This document shows, in pieces, positions 10,382 to 20,230 of a stretch of 21,000 nucleotides of DNA. A model generated the notes under the pieces. It was not told the DNA's origin. It was given only the letters and a program-made list of their open reading frames with translations, and searched no databases. How positions within the stretch are numbered: the first letter of the stretch is position 1; each line of letters opens with the position of its first letter. The position numbers and the translations under genes are program-made. This DNA is from Takakia lepidozioides. Taxonomy: Eukaryota; Plantae; Bryophyta. The stretch is from NCBI GenBank assembly GCA_030704615.1, contig JAKLZA010000120.1, positions 1 to 21,000 on the forward strand, read 5' to 3'.

Positions 10382-13300
10382 ATGGCTCCGAATTCCTACG
10401 CTATAGTTTGCTGTCCTCCGCAACTTGGGAGAGCCTGGATCCCAAACGAGGGAGGACTTTGCAGAGTGACTGAAACTTACCTTTGTTCCAAATTCAAGCT
10501 CAAACCGGGCACAGTTTATTTGGAAGAAGAAAGGAAGGATGTTCCTGGACAGGTTGACGAGACCATTGTCGTGCTAGGTAACGACGGAGGTTGCGGAATC
10601 GAATGGCACGTTCCCCCGTCAGACACCATCCTGTACCGAGCTGTGGGAATGCCCATTCCCTTTCCGAATCAGTCGCTGCCCACACCATCCACAAAGGAGT
10701 CCGGAAACCGAGAGGCGGCCACTGCCAACAGAGAGGTATGCAACGATAATCATTCCCGACCTGGACCGTCAAGACCCTCCATAGCTTCTCGTGTGGACGT
10801 ATTCGACATTTCCGACGAGGAAGATGATTGCATTGAGGTACCCATGTCCTCCACACGGTCGTTCAAATCCGGCATGGACGTCTCTGTAGGTGCTACGCAT
10901 GTGCCCTCGAGCATAACTCCAACCCGGTCCATTGTGCAGCTCCTACGACAACATCACCTCGATGGTTCTCGCTCCGAGCTGGCTGCTCTCGACTATGCCA
11001 AATTCCCAGTCAGAAAGGTAACTTTTCTGCCTCCCGAAGTCGATGGCAATGTCATCTTCGAGTTTCCACCTGTTTCTTCGTCAAAGAAAGCCTCCGGGAT
11101 GTTAACAGACATGGATCGAAAGCATGACGGACACCCCTGGTGTGTGACGAAGACCAGTAGCACGAAAATTGCTGATGGTGTTCGTGTACGATATGTCCTC
11201 TGTGCGGGGAAGCTGAGGTGCCTCAATCCCACCTGCTTCCACTTTCTCTCCAAAGGAGGGCGGAGAAACGAGACGGATTGGACTGGCACAACGCATCATC
11301 CATTCATTGTCTCCAGCCAAGCTCCTGCGGGTTCTTTCAAGTGTGCACATTGCAAAGAACCACCGACGTGCATGTCCATGTGCAGAGCCAAGCAATATTA
11401 CGTAATCCATTTGCTCCCGGACTTGACTAGAGCTTGCATACACGTTGGGTCCACTGCCACCCCTTGGCGAGAGGCAACATGCGTGAGGCTGTGCAGGAAG
11501 CACACGACATCATAAAAGAGGAGGTGAAATTGAGCCCCGGAGCCAGACCAAAGCAGATTCAGCTGAAGGCAGCCCACAAGATTGCTCTTGGCAAAATCAT
11601 GTCTGAAGATGGTTCCGACCGAGAGCCCTTGACCGAAGACGAGATGCGTGACCTCTTGGAGTCCGTCTCGCACGTTTGTAGTCCGAATGTGCGGAATCAC
11701 ATCGTATCTTGCAAGCAGGAGTTCGGCAGGGGGTCGGACATGTACTCAATCCTGGAGGTGAAACGAATGACTGGATATGACTACATCCAAGGTAGCAGGT
11801 TTCCAGGGCAAGGCAGCGAATCCGATCGTTGTTACATTTTCAAAATGTCGACGTGTGGGCCTGGGAGTGGAGTCGACTTGGTCACTCGCATGACAACTGG
11901 AAACTTGTCGAATGCTTGGGTGATGTTTGATCACATCAAGCGAATTACAAACCATCAGTGGGTGACTATGGGTGCGCATGTTTATGACTATCACTCCAAG
12001 AGGCTCATGACGATTGCAATCTGCGAGATGAAAGGGGAGGACACACAGTCCGAGATGCATCTGTGGGAGGGCATAAACGAGCAGATGGCAAGGGCGGGAT
12101 TGCCAGAGCCCAATTTCAGGGGATTCATGGCAGACAACGCTCAGGCCAACTGGGCAGCGGTGCGGCGTGTGTACGGTGAGGACCCCAATGTTCCAATGGA
12201 GGGGAAAGAGAGATCCTGTGGATTCCATTGGATGCAGAGTCTATCCCACTACACTACCAAATTTGTTGCTAGCTCATTCCAGGCTGAACACCGTGTCCTT
12301 TGTACGGCGTGGAAGGATGCACCCACATTTGATGACGCGGAGGTTAAGTTTGCTATCATCGAGGCTTGGTGGAACACGTCAGGTGCAGTGGAGACAACCA
12401 ATCTGGGAGCATTGCACAGCTGGTTGGGGTGGTGGCATTTTCGGTATCGACAGTTCGGACAGTACATGCGGGAGGTAGGCTGCTGTCAATTTCGTTCATT
12501 TGTCTTTCTGTTACGGACATTTCGATTGGTCCCTCACCGTTGTTTGTGTCCTTCTAGGAGCGGTGCTTGGATTCCGACACGGACATGCCGAACACGAATA
12601 TGGCAGAATCGGTCCACTCCTCCTGGCGAGCGTCTTCTGCCGCACATCTGGTGGACGTAGTGACGGCCACAACGGAGGACATCGACAGAGCAATCATGCA
12701 GCAAGCCACGTACTACAAGTTCCTGAGCGGCAAACAATGGGGCTTTGGGCCGGACAGGGAGGAATTGTTGGTACGAACAGCTTCGAGGTCCAAGAATCCA
12801 GTGAAATGGGCGACAGCATTGCGAGAGAAGATCAAAGGGACGCCTCTGCACCGCAGAGGTGAACACCTAGAGGGGGACGTCCGGACTCGCCCTGTCAGGC
12901 GGAGGATTGAAGAGGAACCCGGGTGCGAAGAGGATTCCTGGAGATCCGACAGGAACATTCGGACAGCACCTCGAGGTCCCGTCATGTTGCCGCACAATGT
13001 GTCTTCCAGCAGTGGAAGCCCAAGAAATTCCAGATCGCCGTCGCCTTCAACCGGGGATTTCGTGCAACAAATTCCCACCGCTCCCTTGCCCCACATTCCG
13101 CCCGCTGTTATGCAGTATGGCCAAGCCATTGTGGAGACGACTGTGTCTGCCTCACAGTGGAGAATTGCTCGCACAAAGCCGTCGTTTCGAGGAAGGTGTT
13201 CCGCAATTCGTGTGGATACACGGCAACGTTGTTTAGAGATGATAAGGAGGAATCCAGATGGGGCTGTCCCTGCTCCTACTTTTACAGGAAGATTTGTCCA

Positions 13301-13987
13301 TGCAAAGTTTGCGGAGGCGACAACCACCCAGTTCTGGTTCTGCAGGCACGACATTATGACTTGCGTGTATGGAAAGCCCAAGTACGGCATACAGACAATG
13401 CCAGAGGCTCCCCCGGTGTGGCCGGTGGAACCAGGCTGCGATCTGAGTCAGGTTGAGGCCGACGCCCTTACCGCCGCAGGATTTCGGATGGTGCAGCGCA
13501 CTGACGTCCCAGACAACCATTTCCGCTTCCACAGCCTCCACCACCGACCCCTGTGAGAGCAAGAACAATGGGACACGACAGCTCTAAGCATCCTACACAC
13601 CGTTGGGGGAAACCGAAGAGGCGGCGACCTCCCTCAAAAGTGAACGAGACAAGGATGGGGAATGCACTTCGGATGAACTGTACAATCCAGAGCTCGACAG
13701 AAGTGCCCCCACCAGGATTCGGGCGTGTGTATCAGATGGCCACGGCGGGCTCAGCTGTTCGCAATGAGGTGTACACCATCACCATTTCAGAATTACCCAC
13801 CTGCAATTGCACCGACTTCCAGATCATGGCGAACAAGGGGGCATCATACTGCCCTTGCAAGCATTTGTACTACGTGTACCTAAAGAGACTCCGTTGTAAT
13901 TCCACAACTCATCACTTCATACATGCACCAGGGTTGAGCCCCCAGGAGGTTCACACTCTTCTGAATATGGATCCAGGGGACCAGTGA
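10382..13987 (+). CDS. MULE-like DDE transposase with N-terminal GCM-like zinc domain, Cys-rich domain and C-terminal SWIM finger (one intron, two apparent 1-nt frameshifts)
   Basis: Likely start MAPNSY at 10382. GCM-like DGHPW...LCAGKLRCLNPTC...CAHC...C...HVG/VHCHP (~11125-11463; frameshift in a G run at ~11450). Catalytic VMFDH (D ~11929), FMADN (D ~12133), CGFH (CxxH ~12217), TNMAES (E ~12606). GT-AG phase-0 intron 12475-12557. Frameshift ~13525 joins the SWIM ORF CNCTDF...CPCKH (13802-13864). Stop at 13987. Confidence 0.85.
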
Positions 13988-14729
13988 GCTTGGCTTGCGG
14001 TCCACATACAATGGTACGCCCATCGGATAGTAGAACTGTACTGCTGCCAGTACCTCAGACTCTGGCCACACAAAGGTCCGACATATGTCTTGCCTACCAG
14101 TAACCTGTTTTGATCGAACTAAGATATTACTATATCGTTCACTTGTTTCCACGTGCATGTATTTTTGTATGTTGGAGGGTTCATGTTTTTCTGCTTTCCG
14201 AAAACTTGCTCTCCTCATTCGACCTCCGACAAGGAAATGCGGCGCCGAATTTCCAAGTATCGTCGTAGGTACCCCCAGAGGCGGCCTTCGCCAACACCAA
14301 ACCGCTCCGAAATTTCGCACGTGCGAACCCTAATGCGGCACCCTATTTCCCAGTTCAGTTGCAAACCTTTCCCGCCGAATACCCGAAGAAGACAGAATTG
14401 TGAAGTACTGCAGACTGTATTGGTGCAGACTCCATTGGTTCAATCGCGGCAAAAGGGTCAGCTTCATTCCAATGTTAAGGCATGTAAAACCGCGGAATAC
14501 TCTATACAGGCCAGTATGCGACGTCCTTTTGCAGTGGTATACTGGATTTCCCGTTGCACGGTCACTTATTTCCATGAGCGGATCTATAAAACCATGAGCG
14601 GACTTGTTACTGACGACATATCTTCGCCGCATTACATGATCTGGAACGTCCAAAAACGGCAAGGTCAAATAAAAAACTATTATTTTAATACTTGTTTAAT
14701 CTGCCGCATTTCCAAATTTGGAGGAGTCC

Positions 14730-14831
14730 GCTCATGAAATCCGCGTATCTTAGACTTCGGCTCACCGCTCATGCGGCTCATGCGGCTCATGGCTCATGGC
14801 TCATGGTTTCTGCTCATGAAATAGTAAACCT
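14730..14831 (-). repeat. Right terminal inverted repeat with GCTCATG repeats
   Basis: gctcatgcggctcatgcggctcatggctcatggctcatggtttctgctcatgaaatagtaaacct; gctcatgaaatag is the exact reverse complement of ctatttcatgagc in the left end. Confidence 0.75.
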
Positions 14832-14839
14832 CACACCAT
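14832..14839 (+). repeat. Probable right target-site duplication (cacaccat)
   Basis: Immediately follows ...aaacct; matches 249-257 with one indel. Confidence 0.55.
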
Positions 14840-14942
14840 GTCTGCAACATCAACAAGGAGAAGGATCAATCCAGGTCTACTTAACATACACCACAATATG
14901 AAGTGAATGCAATAGATTGATAACTTACACTTTGGCCCTCTG
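14832..14942 (-). pseudogene. Continuation of the third methyltransferase gene copy (intron and exon edge), right part of the insertion target
   Basis: ggtctacttaacatacaccacaatatgaagtgaa(t)gcaatagattgataacttacactttggccctctg is the reverse complement of 17099-17166. Confidence 0.85.
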
Positions 14943-14989
14943 TACAGGGACATACGCGCTGCCTTTCTTTCAAGTCCTGGCATTTCAGG

Positions 14990-15980
14990 ATGTTAGAGGC
15001 CTCAGTGGTTTAGGGAAATGGCCCTAATTTCCGTCAGGCTCCGAAAATGGCTAAGAGTCCCTCGACTGGCTGGCCAAACGGAAATTCGGACGCATTTTCC
15101 AGTTCCAGGCCTATGCGTTCAGGGACTTAGCCATTTTGGGCGCTAAGTCCTAGACTGGCTGGCCCCTAAGTGGAAATCATTTTCGGCGCCATAATTCCAT
15201 TTTAAGGCCCTATTTGCCGTTCAGGACTGAGCCATTTTCGGCCTAAGTCCCTATGTGGCTGGCCGCAACTGAAATTCGCGCCGTTTTCCATTCTAGGCCC
15301 TATTGCCGTTCAGGGACTTGCCATTTTTCGGGCTAAGTCCCTGACTGCTGCCCTGACTGGAATTTCGGCGCCCTTTTCATTCCAGGCCGTATTGCCTTCA
15401 GGGACTTAGCCATTTTCGGGCTTACGTCCCTATACTACGGGCCCCTGAAGTGGAAATTCGGCGCCATAATTCAAAACAGTTCCAGGCCCTATTGCCGTCC
15501 AAGGACTTTTAACCATTTTCGGTCTACATTCCCTCGTGGCTGCCAGGAACTGAAATTCGGCGCCGTTTTCCAGTTCTCGCCCATTGCCGTCCAGGACTTA
15601 GCCATTTCGGGCTAAGTCCCCTGTGTGGCTGGCCCGAACTGGAAATTCGGCGGCCGTTTTCCATTCTAGGCCCTATTGCCCGTCCAGGGACTTAGCCATT
15701 TTCCGGGCTAAGTCCCTCGGTGCTGGCCCGGAACTGGAATTCAGGCGCCCGTTTGCCAGTTCTAGCCACTATCCGCCAGGGGACTTCGCATTTTCCGCGG
15801 GCTAAGTCCAGACTGGCTGGCTCTGAACTGGAAATTCGGCTCCCTTTTCCATTCCAAGCGTATTGCCGGTAGGGACTTAGCCATTTTCGGCTAAGTCCCT
15901 AGACTGGGTGCCCTGAAGTGGAATTCGTGTCCATATTCCATTGTGTAGTCCTATTGCCTTTCAGGACTTACCATTTTTCG
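14990..15980. repeat. Tandem array of ~10-11 units of ~93 bp, each with two palindromes
   Basis: The unit contains TGGAAATTCGGCGCCGTTTTCCA (variant of the element-1 palindrome) and the hairpin AGGGACTTAGCC-attttcg-GGCTAAGTCCCT. Unit starts ~15080, 15172, 15270, 15358, 15452, 15551, 15641, 15735, 15829, 15919. Many small indels. Confidence 0.9.
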
Positions 15981-16019
15981 GACCTCATTTGTTGTTTTCA
16001 TGAATGCATACTGTAATTC

Positions 16020-18343
16020 ATCCCTTTTGGAGAAAGGTCAATGTCTTTCGAGTCCACCATTCGTCCTGGCATGGAGGAACCCTGGGGCTGACTCCATGTA
16101 CACTGACGATTTGTGAAGGAGTGGCATCTGGACCATTTGCGTGATTGCCCTTGGTATGTTGGACCTTCCCCCTTCTCGCTCGATCCCATCCGAGTTTCAT
16201 TTGAGCTGGATGCTGATTCCGACGAAACCGGGCTCCGCTGCCCCCCCTTCGTTGGTGCAAAAGAGGCAAAGCGCTTGCGAACTCCAGGAAGCGGCAGAGC
16301 TTGCTCAGGCCGAATTTAGGAGAAATTGCATGAGAAGAGTACAGGTCCAAGGAAAAGGACCAGGAAACAGGTGACTGGCTTACCGACCCCAAACAAGAAA
16401 ACCATCGGGGCATCGAGATGCGCAGAAGGGGACCAAGAGATGACTCCGCCCGATTTTGTTCATGTCCTGCGACTGGCATGTTGCTCTACCCAGTCACCGG
16501 TCTCCGGGTTCCCAAGTCAGTTTCGTAGTGGGACTGGCTCGCCAAGAAGTTGGCATTTGAGGGGAGCCTACACGGCGGTATTCGGCGGTGCGTTACGCAC
16601 ATCCAAAGCTAAACCTCCAACCATCACCATGCTCATTAAGCTTCCTTGACGCGCTCGCTGCCAGGGCGAAGAAGGTGGCACACAACAATCTCTACGTAGC
16701 AGAAGGGGAAAGCAAGAAGAGGCTGCCGGTATCAGAGCTCTAAAGACACCCCTGGTTTTGAAGCATGATGGAATTCTTCGCGGCTTGAACGAATTGCAAG
16801 AGCTATCTCGGGGGGGGGGGGGTTGGGTGGAGAGTTTGCGACATATTCTCCTCGACATTCCAGATGGGGAGCTGCTGGAGGGCCTGGATGGTGTGGTGCC
16901 CACCTGGAACAGTTTTACTGAGGACTACTGGAAAACCGTGTTTGGCTGGCGGGGGGATGCTTCTGGATGACGGTGGATGTGGGTTGTCCTTGCCACGAGA
17001 GGGAAGACACAGAGAATGCGGTGGCAAGGTGGACACCGAAAAGTGTCACCCCGGTCCTCCTCAGAAAATGGTTCTGCATCAGTACGCAGGGGTGCGAACA
17101 GAGGGCCAAAGTGTAAGTTATCAATCTATTGCTTCACTTCATATTGTGGTGTATGTTAAGTAGACCCTGGAATTGATCCCTTCTTTGTTGGATGGGCAGA
17201 CATTGGTGTTTGAGGCATATTGCTTTGTGAAGAGAGGGTCTACGTTCAAATTCCGCAACGACGGTCGCTTGTTGATGCCGCTGTGGACCCTGTAACCTAC
17301 GATGTCCTCTACACCTATGTGCCCCACTCTAGTATGCCAAGGACACAAAGCAGGCAAACCGTGGCGGTACAAGCCGGACCCGGAGCCCTCTGCTTTCATC
17401 CAAACCCTCATGGAGACGTGCCTCGGATGTCAAGGGCGGATCGGACCTCACATGCGGCACGGGTAAGCCTTCCACGTTCTCAGTTTGTCCCCTGGCCCCA
17501 TTGCAATTGCATGCCGCAAGCTATTAACCGCCCGCTTTGGTTCCTCAGGTGCTTCAATGTGGGCAGGGACGTTGTCCGACAGGCATGTGTTTCGCCTTCG
17601 AGCCAGATACTGCCCTCCACAACTCGGAACTTGCAGCGGCTGAACGTCTGCCGAAAGAGAAGAGGCATCCTCGGAGGATGAGGAAAAATCCGAGAAGAGC
17701 AGGGGGAGGAAGTTGGGATCGAGGCCAAGGAGCCCCCGGTTTACGAGGAGTGGTGGCATTGTAAGTTGCCTCCAAATTTTGTGAGGCACCTCCCTCCGCT
17801 CTCTATTTCACATTGAAAACCCTTTCTGGTTGTGCTGGTATTGCATTCTTGAAGTGGATTTGTCTTACTGTAGGATGCCAAGTACTGCGGAGGGACGTCT
17901 ACACCGGAGTTCATGGCAGGAGGAACGTGCCTTTTTTGCCAGGGGGGATTTCATGCCTAGTCCCAGAAAGGGATACATCCTTCCTACTTATGCTGCCCGG
18001 CTTGCTTCGGTGTCCATTAGGAGGTGTTCGAACGTAGTCGTGTACAGCAGATTTTAAGACGAGGCAAGCCTCAAGAAAATGAAGATGAGGGAGGAGGCAG
18101 CAGCTATTAGAGCCCATCGGGCTCGTAGATTTGTGTTTGGATTCTGCTGAGGAAAGTGGGGGAAGACGCAGAAGATTCCCAGGAGGTGAGGTGGACAGTC
18201 CCCCAAGGAAGGACGGGATTTTTGAGAGGCATAGTGGAACTGATGCATCACAGAGCTCGGAGGATGAGGGGGATGAGGGGGATGAGGAGAAGGTGGGCAA
18301 GTTCCTCGGAGGGTGTAGGAGAGTAGTGCCTATTCGGCTATGA
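16020..18343 (+). pseudogene. 5'-truncated, frameshifted paralog of the methyltransferase-like gene (element 2)
   Basis: PPFVLAW/KEWHLDHLRDCPWY vs PPFFMAW/KQWHPAHLVGCPWY; HILLDIPDGELLEGL (DIPD 16854-16865); FEAYCFVKRGSTFKFR; FIQTLMETC...DLTCGTG|ASMWAGTLSDRHVF; FARGDFMPSPRKGYILPTYAARLA. Introns at equivalent positions; AATAAA at 18388. Confidence 0.8.
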
Positions 18344-18487
18344 CAGTTAGAACACACTTGTATAGACGTGCTTGCCACAAAATTTGCAATAAAATGTTGC
18401 ATTTCAAGTCCACGGTGCCACTTCCAAACTTCACATGACCCTATTTCTGTGCCTCTTAACCCTATTTCCGTGGACTCACAATGGTCT

Positions 18488-18546
18488 GCTCATGCTTTTT
18501 TTTTTCCGCTCATGCTCATGCCGCTCATGATAGAGCAGCCCCCCCT
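18488..18546 (-). repeat. Terminus of element 2 with GCTCATG repeats
   Basis: Reverse complement agggggggctgctctatcatgagc differs at only 2 positions from agggggggctgctatttcatgagc (258-281). Confidence 0.8.
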
Positions 18547-18858
18547 TTGTGGAGTATGTTGAGATTGGGTTTCATCATCTCGAGCTTCAGCATTGAGAGG
18601 GCTCTTGTCATGGCAGAGCACGGCTAGAACATGAGCTAAGAGGTGCGGCAAGGCCATGGAATGTGCACCTAGGGTTTCAGAGCTTGGAAGAAGAGCTCTT
18701 GCACCACAAGAGAGTGTCTTGTGGTTGGAAATGTAAGCCTTAGGGTTTCAAGAGCTTGGCAAAGGCTGTGGAGTGCTTAGTCTTTCTAGAGAGCATCAAG
18801 GAGCCAAGCCCAGCATAGGGGGCTGATATTACCTCTTGTGTGAAGAGGATGCATATAT

Positions 18859-19135
18859 GGAGCATGCATGCAGCCCATTGAAGCTTCCATCTTCAAGCTT
18901 GAGGGCAAGCAGGAAGAGGAAGGGCTGACTTCTCTTATGTGAGGGCAACGCATGTGTGGAGCATGCTTTCAGCCCGTTGAAGGCTTGCATTTTCAGGTTT
19001 GGGAGTGCAAGAAAGAATGAAGGAGTTGGTTTCCCTGTAGGGCATGTGTGGAGCATGCATTCAGCTAGTTAGGGCCCCATCTTTAAGCTTTGGAGAGCTA
19101 GAAGAGAATGTAAGGGCTGATCTGCTCTTATGTGA
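18859..19135 (+). repeat. Three degenerate ~95-bp direct repeats
   Basis: ggagcatgc..cagc...catctt.aagctt...gaaggg ctga...ctcttatgtga starting at ~18859, ~18958 and ~19051. Confidence 0.55.
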
Positions 19136-19569
19136 CAGTCCGACACTTGTAGAGTGTGTTTCTGAGTTGGGGTTTCAACTACAAGCCTAGATAGAGCATG
19201 GCTCTTGAAGTGGCAGGTGTAGGGGGCTGGAATAGGCTCTAAGACACATTCTATGGCCAAGAGAGTGCATGAATAAGTGCCTACAAGGGCTGGAGTCAGC
19301 CATGTTTGGTTAGTCGCCATAGAGATCATGGCGTTGTTTTGTGAGTTAAAAGGAGCTTGTGCACTTAGTTTCGGTTGCAAACATCTTCTTTTGAATTAGA
19401 GCTGCTATTGGTGGTGTGTGGGGGGCCACAAAGAGCAAGAATACCTTGCTGATTTTCTCACAGCCGCCATAGCTCGGTGCAAAGAAGCCTAGAGTCCAAG
19501 AGACACAACCCTAGCTTGGCGTGGCTAAACCCCTTGGAGAAATGCTAAACTGTCATGAGTGCCATGGAT

Positions 19570-20230
19570 GGGGCTGTGAGGGGCTGTGAGGGGCTGTGAC
19601 GGGCTGTGACAGGCTGTGACGGGCTGTAATGGCTGTGGCGGGCTGTTACAGGCTGTGCCTGTGGCCTGTGGGGGGCTTGGGAGGGCTGTGACAGGCTGTG
19701 GCGGGTTATGACAGGCTGTGCCCTGTGGCCTGTGGGGCTGTGACGGGCTGTGACAGGTTGTGATGGGCTGTGAGGGGCTGTGACAGGCTGTGACCCCTGT
19801 GACCTGTGTAGGGCTGTGACAGGCTATGCCTGTGGCCTTTGGGTCTGTGAGGGGCTGTGACAGGCTGTGGCCTTTGGGGCTGTGACCCCTGTGACCTGTG
19901 TAGGGCTGTGACAGGCTGTGCTTGTGGCCTTTGGGGCTGTGACCAGCTGTGAGGGCTGTGACAGGCTGTGACCTGTGGCCTGTGGGGCTGTGACGGACCG
20001 TGACAGGCTGTGCCTATGGCCTTTGGGGCTGTGACGAGCTGTGACAGGCTGTGACCTATGGCCTGTGGGGCTGTGATGGACTGTGACAGGCGGTGATGGG
20101 CTGTGAGGGGTTGTGACACGCTCTGACATGTGGCCTTTGGGGTTGTGATGGGCTGTGACTTGTGGCCTTGGGGGCTGTGAGGGGCTGTGACAGGCTGTGA
20201 CCTGTGGCCTGTGGCCTGTTGTGATGGTTG
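19570..20230 (+). repeat. Simple/minisatellite repeat of (G/A)GGCTGTGA(C/G) decamers interspersed with cctgtggcc
   Basis: gggctgtgag gggctgtgac aggctgtgac... repeated for ~650 bp. Confidence 0.9.

Larger units (their letters stand above)
258..14831. mobile_element. Large MULE/Mutator-like DNA transposon (element 1, ~14.6 kb) carrying transposase, ParB-like/methyltransferase gene and palindrome arrays
   Basis: Left end AGGGGGGGCTGCTATTTCATGAGC and reverse complement of right end AGGTTTACTATTTCATGAGC share CTATTTCATGAGC plus tandem CATGAGC repeats. Flanked by cacagccat (249-257) and cacaccat (14832-14839). The two flanks join into one continuous sequence matching the reverse complement of ~17100-17410. 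Internal DDE/SWIM transposase. Confidence 0.8.
14990..18546. mobile_element. Internally deleted remnant of a related transposon subfamily (element 2)
   Basis: Palindrome array, methyltransferase paralog and a terminus (gctcatgatagagcagccccccct) homologous to the left end of element 1, again downstream of the methyltransferase gene. No transposase or second end visible. Confidence 0.65.

Noticed and set aside
13553-13987. Separate SWIM gene or programmed frameshift
   Set aside because: A single-base indel near 13525 gives a continuous QPPPPTPVRART reading. There is no slippery heptamer, and similar indels occur throughout the window.
14153-14737. 194-aa ORF downstream of the transposase
   Set aside because: No motif, overlaps solo palindromes and the subterminal region; likely 3' non-coding.
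258-18546. One 18.3-kb element bounded by the near-perfect inverted ends at 258 and 18546
   Set aside because: No TSD (cacagccat vs ttgtggagt). Both ends lie downstream of a methyltransferase gene, so they are the same end of two oppositely oriented elements. The flank rejoining supports 14831 as the true right end.
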